Positions 39,237 through 52,251 are shown, counted from the stretch's first letter. The stretch: 54,754 nt of DNA from Chiloscyllium plagiosum (GCF_004010195.1 NC_057718.1:42918523-42973276), one strand, 5' to 3'. The notes: generated by a model not told the origin, from the sequence alone. Numbers and translations are program-made.

Positions 39237-39498
39237 TTATTTGATTGGTTAGGCCACTTTTGGAATATTGCATGCAATTCTGGTCTCCTTCCTATCAGAA
39301 GGATATTGTGAAATTTGAAAAGATTTTACAGCATTTAAAATGCATCCAAATGGGTATGTGAATGGGTGGGGTTTGGAGGGATGTGGGCCAAGTGCTGGCA
39401 AATGGGACTAGATTGGGTTGGGATGTCTGCTTAGCATAAATGAGTTGGACCGAAGGGTCTGTTTCTATGCTGTACAACTCTTTGACTCTATGACTCTA
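39237..39498 (+). mobile_element. CR1/HER1 3' fragment with internal deletion
   Basis: GGTTAGGCCACTTTTGGAATATTG segment joined directly to the tail GGACCGAAGGGTCTGTTTCTATGCTG...GACTCTATGACTCTA. Confidence 0.85.
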
Positions 39499-39499
39499 T

Positions 39500-39760
39500 T
39501 GCTGGCTAGGCTGCCATTTCTTGCCCATTCTTAATTGCTCAAAGAGTGGATCTGGAGTCACACGCAGGCCACACCAGGTAAGGATGGCAGATTTCCTTAC
39601 CCGAAGGATATTCGTGACCTAGATGAGTTTTTGTGACATTTGATATTGGTTATGTGATCATTGAATTCCAATTGCATTGACTGATATGGTGGCATATGAA
39701 CATTTATCAGCATTTGTGAATTGCTCATCCAGAAAAATTACCACTATACCACTGCCTCCC
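39500..39760 (-). mobile_element. tRNA-derived SINE fragment (same family as 52335-52585)
   Basis: TCTGGAGTCACACGCAGGCCACACCAGGTAAGGATGGCAGATTTCCT is the reverse complement of the core at 52410-52450. Confidence 0.65.
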
Positions 39761-40274
39761 TGTACTCCCATGAATGATTACAATGAAACTAACTAATGTA
39801 ATAATACAGTAAGATTCATATTGAATAAATTCTTCTTGAAACATTTTGCTTTCTTATGGTTAAATAACCCCAACTCAGTAAGCTACCAATTACTTAAATT
39901 GTCCCCAGAGGTAAAACTTACTCCAAAGGTTCAAACAAGATCCTAATAAGCTTTAGCTAGGAATAGTATTTTTTTAAGTCAAGTGAAATGGACTGTAGTG
40001 GTTCAAGAATGCAGGTCAGCACCATTTTCTCAACAGCAGTTAGGGATGGCCAACAAATGCTGGCTCAGTCAGCAAAACCCATATCCCATGAATAAATAAA
40101 AATAAATTCATTTTTTCCTTTGTTGGAGAAAATTATAAGGTGCAGAAAAGATAAAACGAAAACTTTGTAATCGGATTACGGCCAAGGTCGCCCTAGCTTG
40201 TTTTTCTGAACAAGTGTTGCTATTAAACAACATTGGAAAATATTGTTTAACATACACAAACCAATTCAGTGCAC

Positions 40275-40396
40275 AGGAGGACTGCAGATCCTGAAGATCA
40301 GAGTCGAGAGTGTGGTCCTGGGAAAGCACAGCAGGTCAGGCAACATCCGAGGAGCAGGAGAATCAACATTTTGGGCATAAGCCCTTTATCAGGAAT
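40275..40396. mobile_element. Penelope-like single-arm fragment
   Basis: GGACTGCAGATCCTGAAGATCAGAGTCGAGAGTGTG...GCAGGTCAGGCAACATCCGAGGAGCAGG...CCCTTTATCAGGAAT. Confidence 0.75.
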
Positions 40397-41300
40397 GAGG
40401 GAGCACAGTAATGATGTGATGCACACAATCTCTGACATATCATACATTATTGTAATAAGGTTCTGACACACCTCTGGAGCAGGTAGGACATAGACCTGAG
40501 TATTGAGCCCAGAGAGAGGGATAATGCACTATGCCACAAGGGCCTTAGAGTTAAGGACTATCTTGGGAACCGGTAAAGCCAGTTAGTTCGGGGATAATGC
40601 TACACTCTAACCATGGGGTCAAACCAGTGGCCATCAGATATAACATATACTAAATGCTGTCAATAGGCAGACCCCAACTAATGGAGATCCACAAAAATGT
40701 AAGCTTAGAACAAATCATGGCTTTCAAAGACGCTCTCACACAAAATGCCTGGCATCATGTTGGATACAATTACACAACCCTGATTTTAAATATACATCTA
40801 GAATTAATCTACAACGTAATTGTATTAATAAAGTTGGCTAGCTTTTCTTAGCCATATATAACCATGTGGTGTTAATTGTACATTCTGATGCCACTCACTA
40901 CTGTTGCCAGGACATTTACAGCATTTTAATTTATGCCTGATATAACTCATTACGATAAATGTCATCACATGAAGACGCTCATGATTTACTAAAGTACTAA
41001 ATTAGTGAAAAGACGTAAGTGGCAAAATGAAACTTGATAATTGTTCAAATTAATAATTGTTTCCACTAAATACTTCTTGAAAAGAAAATTGAAGTATTAG
41101 ATAGTGCTGCAAAATCAGCATTCTGGAGTCTTGGCACTATTTTAAATGAGGTATATTATCGTCCAGTAAGTCATCATTTAAAGGACAAATGAAAAAAGAA
41201 AGAACAATATAAGTAAATGTCTCCAATTAGGTAATATCATAAAACCTATAATGCTAATCTAAAAGATCAGGCAGAAACTTGGTGATGGCCTCTTCACCAT

Positions 41301-41636
41301 GGGGGCAACATGGTGGCTTAGTGGTTAGCACTGCTGCCTCACAACACCAGGGACCTGGATTCGATCCCTGCCTTGGGTGACTGTCTGTGTGGAGTTGCAC
41401 ATTCTCCCTGTGTCTGCGTGGGTTTCCTCTGAGTGCTTCGGTTTCGTCCCACAATCCAAACATGTGCAGGTCAGGTGAGTTGGCCATGCTAAATTGCCCA
41501 TAGTGTTAGATGCATTAGTCAGGGGTAAATAAAGGGGAGGGGAATGAGTTTGTGTGTGGTTACTCTTCGGAGGTTTGGTGTGGACTTATTGGGCTGAAGG
41601 GCCTGTTTCCATACTGTAGGGAACCTAATCAAATCA
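41301..41636 (+). mobile_element. HE1-type V-SINE, full length
   Basis: Head with B box GGATTCGATCCC, V domain, tail GGGCCTGTTTCCATACTGTAGGGA...AATC. Confidence 0.92.
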
Positions 41637-42079
41637 AAACTTCTGCTCCCTGAGATGTTGAGCTTGAAGATGGTAAGGGTCCTTAATCTTTTTGGGTAGT
41701 GTCATGCCCAGTACTTACTGTCTTCCTGCCTCAGCCAGAATTAATTTCTGGACAGAAAGGCTCAATGTGAATCATCCCACTTCTCACTGAAGCCTCTATA
41801 TGGCTCATTATGACTGTGTAAGGGCCTCAGCCTATCACCACTGGGAGTAAACCAGCTGCAGTCAGACCTCTCACCATGCAATGTTCACAATCGGTGCTAC
41901 TTACCTGGGCATGCAAAAAGAGCTCCCCAATCAATGGTAAGCAATGCCTGATTGAGCGATTGGACATTGGGCAGGGAGCCCTCCAATTCTCTCACCCCAC
42001 CACCACCAAACCATGAGCTCCCTCCAACCACATCAATTACTTTGAAAAGTAACTAGACTTGAAATATTAACTCCCACAG

Positions 42080-42160
42080 TTAATATTTTCTTCCCACAGA
42101 TGCTGCCAGATCTGCTGAGTTTCTCCAGCAATTTCTGTTTTCGTTTCTGTTCTCCAGCAT
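42080..42160. mobile_element. Old Penelope-like short element fragment
   Basis: CCACAGATGCTGCCAGATCTGCTGAGTTTCTCCAGCAATTTCTGTTTT. Confidence 0.6.
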
Positions 42161-44979
42161 TGACAGGACTTTTTTTCAATTACTTTAATCCTAGGTCCTC
42201 CACAATATTGAGACTCCAGCATTTCTCTTGCACCCGACATCCAAGACCTCTTATGTAGTACTGCTGTTGTCAAATTGGTTGGTAGCTCTGGGTCAGGTAC
42301 TACCCAGAGTCTTGATTTTAATGAAAGACCCAGCAATGGCCTCATCACCATGTGGCTGGCAGGCAACTCTGGGGTATCACTAACTCTACAGCTGGCAGGC
42401 AAGATCCCTGCTACCTCAAGAAGATTCTGCCCATGGAACTTACAGACCTACATGCAGAATGGAGGGAGGGGATGGTGGCACAGCAGTGGATAAGAAATCT
42501 GCTTGTAACAGAAGCCATTTATGTTGTGCCTCTTTGACTCAGTTTCTGACTGATGACGGGGCCAGAATGATGATGCACCAGATCTATTAAAGGGAGAGTT
42601 AAAGGGAACCTCTGCCAACTAATGACAATTAAACTGGTTACTGGTTTTTAAGATTTTGATCACCACAAGGATGGGAAGGAGGAAGAATGCAGGGAAGGCT
42701 GCTCTCCACCTCTTGGATTCAAAGCTGCTTAGAAAGCCTGACCCTCCTTAGGCATTGGTTCTCATGCGAACCATAAGGGTTTATCTTCTGCTCATAGACC
42801 ATGTGACAGCAGGCAGGGGATTGGGGGGCTATCACAGCTGCCATCTTCCAGCTTGCAGCTTAGTTGATCAATGCTCCTTGCTGTCCTTCAACCTCACAGA
42901 CCCAGAGAGTTCCACTCAGCTTGAGAAATAAGTTGTTAAAGCCAGGATGCTGGGTTAAATCATCAGTTACGTTGGGAGATAACTACTTTAACTATTGATT
43001 TGACAGCTTCTTATTCACCTGTCAGCTGCTTATGTTAAACCTGCAAGTGCAGGCGGGATCATGTTCACTTTCTGACCTGACATCTCTTTTCCACCTTTTA
43101 GCACCACACCCGAATCTGGATCCACCACTCCTTGGCAGTTACAATTCTGTTCATAGGTCGATGAGGTAGAAATAGGCTTTGATAGTACTGCATAAAAGCT
43201 GGCATTGCACTGGACAGGGTGTATAAGGGAGTGCAAAGCATTACTCTTCGTTTTGTATGACCGTATGAGAGAAAGTTTCATCGGGTGTCTTAGTTTATTT
43301 GAAAACAATGCATACGGGAGCAGTTTTCTATAAGACTAGCAGCCAGTTTATATTTACATTTTTAATTAAGGTTTTATTAAGCTGTAATACCACTCCAAAG
43401 ATGAGAAAGCCCGGAGAACATTTTTGTTTCAATGGTTCCTCTTCCAGTCACCATCTGTGTGTTTTTCTCTCTCTGCACAGTCCATAATCTCCCTTCGGGA
43501 CATGTCACTTTGCGCTTGTGTTTGTCATGAGCTCTCTCTGCACAGAGAGAAGAAAAACAGTAAATTCAATCTTTGAATTAAGCTGTAACCAAGCTTGTAT
43601 ATTCATTAGAGTAGAAAAAAATCTTTTCTGAGAAGTTCAAATTGTTTATTGATTTTCATTTCTGTGTTCAAGTGAAGCTTGAGTAAGTCTGTCTCACTAT
43701 TCCCTCTGGGGAAGCATAGCCAACAAGTGCATCACATTTCACTCCCAGTACAAATTCTGGGAATTCAATGAAAATCTGAACCATTTAATTGGTATAGCAA
43801 GAGTTTTTCCCTGTAATGCTAGAACTATTTGTACCCTGTTTTCTTTTTAATTTTTATATAATGCGCTGAAAAGAAAATCACCCAGCCCCTTTCTATCACT
43901 ACAGGCCACAATACTTGTTTGGACATTTCCTTCCAATCCATCACTGAAGAGATGAATTTTGGAGCCAGAAGACATCTTGGCAATTCTTACTTCATAAATC
44001 TGACCCTCTATCTCTGCAGTGGTCTAACTAGAATGTGACTGATGGTTTTAGTGACTAAATGAAGCCTGTATTACATGGTCTTCCTTCTCTTCAGACCAGA
44101 TACATATGTTGCTCATCAGTCTTCTTAGCTTGTTTTAACACAGACCTGCTTCTCTGTTTCAAGACTCTTTTTTCAGGACAATACTTTTAACAGATACACA
44201 ATCAGTAGTAATAGACCAGAGTTTTTTGTATTAAAAAGTGGAGATCTTCTCAGAGACATGGCAGACCTTTGTATTAAATTTCAGCTTGTAAAATGGCAAC
44301 ATGATTTGTAAATGAAGACTCACTCAAAATAAAAAAAATCCATATGCCATAAATCCAATATCTTTCCACAAGTCACTAGTATAACAAATTTGACATATTT
44401 GCTGTATTCTGATTCTTGTAGTCCAATAGCATTGCTCAATAATAACAACGGCAAGTATTGATTCAGACTGTATTCTATTTTTTCATGCCATTCAAAAATG
44501 TTGTGAAGCCAGAAATAATGTGAACAAATATGATTAAGCTGTATATATTAATTCTGTACAATTTTGTTAAATTTTGGAACAGGTAGATTACTTAATCTCT
44601 TATTGTGATTCCTTATCTAGTTAGATCCTAATGAATAATGGGATTACCTGCACTGCATTCAGGCTTTCTGGCAGATATTTTAAGAGTTGCATTGACAGCG
44701 GAATGGATAATGCTAATGATTGGTCCATTAAAACTGACTGGCCTTTAAACTCTGGTACTTTAGTTCACTTCCAACTCACAACCATGTAATTGGCCACTGC
44801 TATCTACAAGTTATAAGTAGCGAACCAAGCTGATGGAGCTGCAAATTCAAAAATACTCAAAAAAGCGAGGGCACAGAGTACAGTTTCTGTGCCTGACTCT
44901 GTAACTTTGAGATACATTAATTATTGAGACTGGAACCTTATTTTGATCACTGGGATAGAAAGGTAACATTAATCTGGAC

Positions 44980-45310
44980 CATGAGAGTGATGTCAGGGGT
45001 ATTGAGAGACTGAATGATATCAGAGGTCGGGAGGTTAGTCACAAAGATAAGGAAGAGCAAGAGTGACGGGAAAGATGAGGGTGATTTGGGAAGAGTAAGC
45101 ATAATTAAAGAGAGTGAGGGCAATTAGGGAAGATGAGGGTGAACATGGAAGGTGAGGAAGATTCAAGAGAAGGAAGGTGAGGGTGATTCAGGAGAGTGAA
45201 GGACCAAAAAGGATGAGGGACATCACAGAGGATGAAGGTAATCAGAAAGGGTGAGTCTGATAAAGCAGGGTGATTAGAGAGGGTTAGGGTAATCAATGAG
45301 GCTGGTGACC
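44980..45310. repeat. Degenerate purine-rich tandem repeat (~20-bp GAGAGTGAGGGTGATTAGG-like units)
   Basis: Recurrent GAAGATGAGGGTGA, GAGAGTGAGGG and GGGTGATT motifs. Confidence 0.55.
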
Positions 45311-45554
45311 GTGATTGAAATTCACAAGGTCTCAATGGATAGGGGAAATGTTGACAAAACTAAGCTGTATGATTTTAATGTGTAGTTAAAAGAAGCTCCT
45401 CTTGGCTCAAAATTCAGATAAATATGTTTTAGAACTCTCTTTATGAACTAACTAATAGCTTAAATGTAAGTTACGTTTTCTCTGAATGCCTTGAGGCATT
45501 CCAGTATTACAGAATGGCAACCCCCAAAAATAAATCTATTATTAATCATGTGAT

Positions 45555-46636
45555 AACTGTACAGTTAGAAAATAATAATTTGATTGAGCAGAGTCAACAT
45601 GAATTTATGGAAAGGAAGTCACGTTGACAAACTAGTTTGAGTTTTTTGAGGGCCTTACGAGCCAGAGAGTGAACCAGTGAATGTAGTGTATCTGGAATTT
45701 CAGAAGACTTTTGTTAAGGTCCTACACAGGCGCTTAGTAAAGAAAATGAAAGCACATCAGATGAATGATTTGGATGTAGTGATCAAATACAATATTTCAA
45801 AGTTTGTAGGTGACATAAAACTAAGGGAATGTGCGTTGTGAGGACGATGCAAAAAATCTTCAAGGGTACTTGGACAGGCTGAACAAATGGGCAAGAATAT
45901 TGCATACAATGGAGTTAGATGTGAGGCTGTCCACTCTGCTAGGAGGAACAAACGTGTCAAATACTTTGTTTTGAATGGTGCTATATTGGGAAGAGTTGAT
46001 GTTCAAATGGATCTGGGTGTCTTGTTCATAAGAGACTGAAGGCAAACATACAGGTGCAGCAAGCAACTAAGAAGGGAAACGACATGTTGACCTTTCTCAC
46101 AAAAGGATTTGAGTACAGGAGTAAAGCTGTCCTACTTCGATTGTATTGAACATTGGCAAGACCACATTGCATTCAGTTTTGGTCCCTTGCCCAATGACGG
46201 ATGAGATGTATTCTTCTGAGACTAATTCTTAGGAGATTGAGGAGATTCTGTGAGAAGAGATCGAGGAGATTGGGTTTATATTCTTCAGATTTTGGGAGAA
46301 TAAGAGGTGATCTCATTGAAATTTAGAACATTCTTAAATGTTCTAGTAGGAGAGATTAGAACCCGAGGGTAAAGTCTCAGAGTGAAAGGATGAACTGAGA
46401 TGAGGGGGCATTTCTTCAGTCAGGGGATGGTAGAGCTCATTGCCACAGAAAGCTGTGGAGGCCAAAGCAATGAGTGATTTTAAGACAGTGATAGGTTTAT
46501 GATTAATAATAGGATCAACAGTTACGGGGAGAAAACAGGCGAATGGGGTTTAGAAACATATCAACCATGATCGAATGGTGGAGCAGAGTCGATGGGATGA
46601 ATGGCCTAATTCTGTTCCTACATCTTATGTTCTAAT
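45555..46636 (+). mobile_element. Old CR1 LINE (RT to 3' tail)
   Basis: DNA motifs for SQH.FM.RKS, VVYLEFQKTF.KV, SKFVGDIKL, EYRSK, RGDLIE; tail GATGAATGGCCTAATTCTGTTCCTACATCTTATG. Confidence 0.85.
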
Positions 46637-48674
46637 GTCTTAAGTGGTAATGGGTAGCAAAAGGTGGCCTAAATTTCCACAATGCAACAGCTACTTCCTG
46701 CCCACTTCCTTTTCTGTCTGCAAAGTAGTTGGCGGCACAGTAATGAGACTGAGCAATTAAAACTGCCATGATCTCATCCTGCCACAAACAGGCTGGAATC
46801 AAACTGAAAGCTGGTAATTATAATCCTTCCCATTCACTTTAAAGGAGATTTTGGGAAAAAAGGGTATTTAACTTCTGGTCAGTGCAATAGCTTGTCCAGA
46901 CAGAGGCTTTATAAGTAGATTTAATATTTTGTGTAATATTATATATTTTATATAATATTATATAACACATATTTTAAACTGTAGACAAATATTACATGAT
47001 AACAATTATGATCAGTAATTTTATGATTTTTCATCACACCTATCTACCTACATGTATTTAAATATGTGAACGTTCATTTTATTGCAAGCTACAAATGATA
47101 AAAGGTTGTGCATTTGTATTCGATAGTTTCAAAACAATATATTTCGCATTAAAATGCTTTTGCAAAGCCGCATGTGCATTTTCATTACCAGCGAATCACA
47201 CTCATATTACTTATTTAGTCTGTGTGTCCTGCTTTGAATACCTTATTGCTTTTTCATGTCATGATTTCAGGATTAAGGCATGCCTCCAATGACTTGCATG
47301 GAAAAATGCAAAGCAGGTGTATCAAAAGCCCTCATGCAGGAATTGCTTGTGCCTGACACTTGTATGTTTCAGGCTCCTCAGATCAGAGGAATTAACTGAG
47401 CTAGTTTTAACAGATTATGAGAGAATGAAGTCATATCTGGGTGATTTCTGTGCAGATCACAGCTGCACTTTTACATTGAAAGGCACAACATATCATCTGA
47501 GCTTGTGAATTAGTGCATGGTGAAGGGAGGTGAATGATGTATAAGGATTTGAAAGATATAAAACAAAACTAGAATCAGGCCAAGGAATATACATAATTCC
47601 ATATTATGAGTGGACATTTTAGATCATGCCTGACAATAAGAATTTAGATTTCCTCAAAGTTCACCTGTCTTGGTAGTTTCAGAAGTTGAAACAAGAGTGG
47701 ATTTGAACACACAAATCCAATTTTGGCTGCATATAAACTGTCTAATTTCTCTTTCCTTACAGTACACTGTCACATTCTCACTTCAGAAACAAGATATGGA
47801 ACTCTCTCTTCAAACCCACCAACAATCAAAATCTCTTGAAGTTTTACACATTTTGTCACAGGAAGAGGTAACACTAATTCTAAAATACCTATACTCAATC
47901 TCAGTCAATGGAATTGGGAATTAGAGCAAATCTTAGAAGGAATCTCTCTCACTAACAACCATGTTAATTTAGCAATCAGTCTCTCCCTAATGGCAAAGAA
48001 GACCAATGATTGAGTTACAGAGTTTCAAATTGCCAGGACCTCAATCAACATTGGATGATGCATGTTCACAAGGGATTTAACTGGGTATGGCACTGTGATA
48101 ATGTCCCTATGTTTTGGACAGAGGCCTTGGTTCAAGTGCCATCTGAGTAAAAACAAGGACTGCAGATACTGGAAACCAGATTCTAGATTAGAGTGGTGCT
48201 GGAAAAGCACAGCAGGATCCAGCAATGTGTTGTTTTTTTAAACTGAGAGGGCAGAGAATATAATGTTGCGTAGGTAATATTTAACTGCAATGAAGAGTGC
48301 AGGAGGGAATGCCAGGAGCAATGCCAAAAGTAGTACCAGGTATACCTATAAATTAGGTGTCAACCTATGAAGTTGCTACACATGACTACCTGCATTGTTG
48401 GTAGTGTAGGTAGCATGCAATTGACTGAGCTGAGTGGTCCCACAACCTCTGGAACACATCTAGCTGCTAAATCCAGTTGTGAATGATAGTGGACAATTAA
48501 ACAACGCACTAGAGGAGGCTCCACAAATATCCCCATCCTCAAAAATGGGAATCTTCGGAGATAAATAAAAAAGACAAGTGAAGTATTTGCAGTAATCTTC
48601 AAACAGATGTGACAAGAGGATCATCCATCTTGATCTACACCTGAGATCTTTAACATCATAGATTTCAATCCACA

Positions 48675-49272
48675 TTGAGTATAGGAATTTGGAGGTGATG
48701 TTGCGGCTGTACACGATATTGGTTAGGCCACTTTTAGAATATTGCATGCAATTCTGATTGCCTTCCTATTGGAAGCTTATTGTGAAACTTGAAAGGGTTC
48801 AGAAAAGATTTACAAGGATGTTTCCAGGGTTGGAGGATTTGAGCTATAAGGAGAGGCTGATTACTCTGGGGCTGTTTTCTCTGAAGAGTTGGAGGTTGAG
48901 GGGTGACCTTATAGAGGTTTATAAAATCATGAGGGACATGGATAGGTTAAATAGGCAAAGTCTTTTCCCTGGGGTCGGGGGGTACAGAACTAGAGGGCAT
49001 AGGTTTAGGGTGAGAGGGGAAAAAATTTATAAGGGACCTAAGGGGCAATTTTTCACATATTGGTGCATGTATGGAATGAGCTGCCAGAGGAAGATGTGGA
49101 GGCTGGTACAATTACAACATTTAAAAGGAATCTGGATGGGTATATTAATAGGAAGGGTTTAGAGGGCCAAGTGCTGGCAAATAGAACTAGATTAGATTAG
49201 GATATCTGGTCAGCATGGACGAGTTGGACTGAAGGCTCTGTTTCCATACTGTACATCTCGGTGACTCTATGT
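48675..49272 (+). mobile_element. CR1/HER1-type LINE 3' fragment
   Basis: ORF 48758-49162 KLERVQKRFTRMFPGLEDLSYKERL...RGDLIEVYKIM...RTRGHRF, followed by the HER1 tail. Confidence 0.93.
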
Positions 49273-49469
49273 GATATCAAGGAACAGCTGAAGGCATTGG
49301 ATACTGTAAAAGCTATGGGCCCTGACAGTATTTCGGCAATAGTACTGCTGCCGTGTGCTCCTCAGCTAGCCATGACACTAGTCAAGCTGTTCCAGTGAGT
49401 TGGCATTTAGCTGGAAATGTGGAAAATTGCCCAGGTACATCCTGTCCACAAAAAGCAGAAGAAATCCAT

Positions 49470-49563
49470 TGCAGCGCTCCGAACGCTTGTGCTTCCAAAT
49501 AAACCTGTTGGACTATAACCTGGTGTTGTGTGATGTTTAACCTTGTCCACCACTGGCACCTCC
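49470..49563. mobile_element. Penelope-like short element, second family
   Basis: GCAGCGCTCCGAACGCTTGTGCTTCCAAATAAACCTGTTGGACTATAACCTGGTGTTGTGTGA; homologous to 53369-53511. Confidence 0.6.
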
Positions 49564-50099
49564 AAATCAGTGCAGCCTGCTTGATTGACACTCCATCTAA
49601 CAACTTCAACATAGATTCCATCCACCACAGCTGAATAATAATAACAGTATATACCATCTATACAATACGCTACAACAACTCATCAAAGTTTCTGAGACAG
49701 CACCTTCCAAACCTGCAACAGCTACCATCTCGAAGGACAAGGGCAGTAGATACATGGGAACACTACCGCTTGCAAGTTCACCTCTAAGCCATACACTGTG
49801 CTGTCTTGGAAATATATGACCATTTTCTCCAGTGTTAGCTGACCCAGCCAGTGACACTGACTCACGTGAATAAATTATTTTTTAAAAAACATCCAGGAAA
49901 TCAATACTATGATGAACTGTAGACCTGCAGCTGGAATGTGGAAAAGCTATGGGACAAAATGTTGCTCCTCAGCCTATATTCTCCTTACTAATGTGTTTCA
50001 AAAACTACAAATTTCATATAAAAGCATGAAAATCATTGAGCTGAATTCAAACATTGGGACCAGAAATAAATCATAACCATGAAAGGATTAACTAAAAAT

Positions 50100-50215
50100 A
50101 GGAATCTTGTGGTACAGTAATGGTGTCTCTATCTCTGAGTCTGAAGGCTTGGTTCAAAGTCCTACCTGTTCCAAAGGTGTGTATCATAACACATTTGAAT
50201 AGGTTAATTAGAATA
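50100..50215 (+). mobile_element. Short tRNA-derived SINE (related copies at ~3182-3247 minus, ~40460-40545 minus, ~48085-48140 plus)
   Basis: TGTGGTACAGTAATGG (A-box-like), GGTTCAAAGTCC (B-box-like), then GGTGTGTATCATAACA. Confidence 0.5.
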
Positions 50216-50589
50216 TATACAGCATAATTGTTTACAACCCATACCTTTTTGGGACTTTGGGAGACTCAGAATCTATTCACTGTGAACTAATAGACTGTGG
50301 TCATTACCTGTTGCACCTTCTTCCACTAAAATAACCTAAGCCTTCCTTTGATCTCTTAACAATGAAATCATCCAAGCTATGAGGCAGACTTCAGAACAGG
50401 TCACAAGACCAACTTCATTTACCCTAAATTTAAAGGTAAATTTCCAAAATAATCTTACAAACCTCACAATGGTAACACAACACTCATTGATGTTGACTTG
50501 ATGTCAGCATTCACTATAATATGATGATCTGCACAATGTTGACTTTGAACCATTTCACCTTGTCAATTCTAATTTATATCTTCTGTCTC

Positions 50590-52251
50590 CCACAGATCCT
50601 TCAAGCATCATGCAAGGAGCTGGTGCCAGAGGAAAATAAAAACTTCTCAGAAGAGGTCGTTCACTCAGATGAAGCATTGTAATATGACTTACATACACCC
50701 CACCAACATCAGACAAACAGATATTGTCTGGCTCTTTAAGACAACTTGTCATATGGTGAGCAGAAGAACTGTGTCAGAGATAGATTCAGCAGTGGAAAGG
50801 AAGGCAAAGGACACTCCAATACCTGTTCAGCCAGTTATAGATGTAAAACCTAGTGAGTTAATATTGTAAAGGATTATTTTGCCACAGCAGAAGATACTGT
50901 GTGAGATTCTTGCAGCACCTTCAGAGTCACTTAGCACCACTGGAGACTGCAGAAACCATCAAGATAACCAATTTGCCTGACTGACTATTATTCAGTCAAA
51001 AGCCATGATGACTCAGGTCTTTGTGCTATGTCTACCTCTATGTAGAGAATGGCCACTTGCATGGAGTATCAGATACAAGAGAAGAGAAGAAAAGCAATCG
51101 AATTAAGCGAAAGGAATAAATTGGTGACTGTGAGAATAGTTCATGCTAGGGATGGGGATGGTCATAGTGGGTTCAGTTGTGGTTGTCACATAGTTGACCT
51201 ACCTCAGATCAGCTGAAGCTTTCTTGGATGACTTTGTTCGAGAAGGGAAGTAGACTTCCTGTAGCCTGTTGACTCTGTGGCTCAAACAATCTCCTTTTTC
51301 TCCTGTGACAGCTTCTTCTTTCTATTCTTGCTTCAAGGTTCCAGTGTTAACATCACTCTTAAAAGAGACCATTTTTGGGGGGTACTATAAATTGAAATTA
51401 AACTTAGACTACTATTGAACTGAAATACCAGATAAATTTGGCATCTTGAAACTCAAGTGCTATATATTCTTGGGCTATGCAATACAAAGTTGCTTTTTGA
51501 AGGGGTGAAAGGGAGAATTTGAGTCTTTTGAGTTAAGGAGATTCTGCCTGATGGCAACCCGTTAATTGATTGAGCTGTAGAATGTTGAAGCGTGGAACAG
51601 CAGGAGGAAAACATCATCAGAGTTTGCAAACAGAAAGTAGCCATCTCTCTCTCTTTTCTCTCTCTCTCTTTCTTTCTCTCTATCTCTCACTGTGGGAAAT
51701 ATACAGAAAACCAAGAAAGCTTACAATGAAGAATTGAAATAAGACCTGGTCCACACAATCAACTATTAAATCAAAGAGAGACACTCATGTTTGAGACAAT
51801 ACCATGTTACCTGTGCTAAAAATAAAAGCAAAAGACTGGATGAGACAATTTAACCTACCCTTGTAATCTGGACATGTGATCTTCAGAATTTTGTTCTATT
51901 TCTCCCACTCTTGATAGGTCTGTCAAATTATCTGCCCTTTGACTGTCTTAACTATGCATGGGTATTTGGGATTTTGAAGGGATACAATTAAGTTGCATAG
52001 TATAGATTAGAAATCTTTTCTTTTCACTACTTTTTTGTTAAGTGTGTATCGCAGTTATTATAAATAAATTTATGTAGTTAGCTATTTTACTGTTACTGAC
52101 AAAATCTGATGTGAATTGCTTTTGATTTAATAATAGTCAGTCAGGCAAATTGGTTGCCTTAATAATTTCATTGTAATTTTATACATTTTGACATGGTTGT
52201 GAAACAGCACAGCACAATTGTCAGCACATTCTTCCTATTCAAGTCATGACA
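50590..52251 (+). mobile_element. Decayed Gypsy-like 3' end with polypurine tract and 3' LTR (~51159-52251)
   Basis: QKRSF...KH...TDIVWL resembles the Gypsy integrase C-terminus. Purine tract AGGGATGGGGA 51148-51158 precedes TG(G)TCAT, which is matched by ATGACA at 52246-52251. Internal (CT)n and AATAAA ~52062. Confidence 0.45.

Larger units (their letters stand above)
48300..49875 (+). mobile_element. Old CR1/L2-clade LINE relic hosting nested HER1 and PLE insertions
   Basis: GGAGGCTCCACAAATATCCCCATCCTC before the insert; resumes with GTGATATCAAGGAACAGCTGAAGGCATTGGATACTGTAAAAGCTATGGGCCCTGAC (KAMGPD). Homologous to 33300-34420 and 53945-54626. Confidence 0.7.

Noticed and set aside
38728..39273. 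Longest ORF in the track (181 aa)
   Set aside because: Runs antisense through an HE1 SINE and a CR1 fragment; chimeric repeat translation.
47740..47872. Strong plus-strand acceptor, 105-nt open exon-like segment and GTAACA donor
   Set aside because: An alternative frame reads FRNKIWNSL...LLKF, a LINE ORF2 C-terminal motif, so it is more likely an old LINE remnant.
51200..51360. Minus-strand exon-like segment with acceptor and donor
   Set aside because: Contains an in-frame TAG and lies inside the probable Gypsy LTR.
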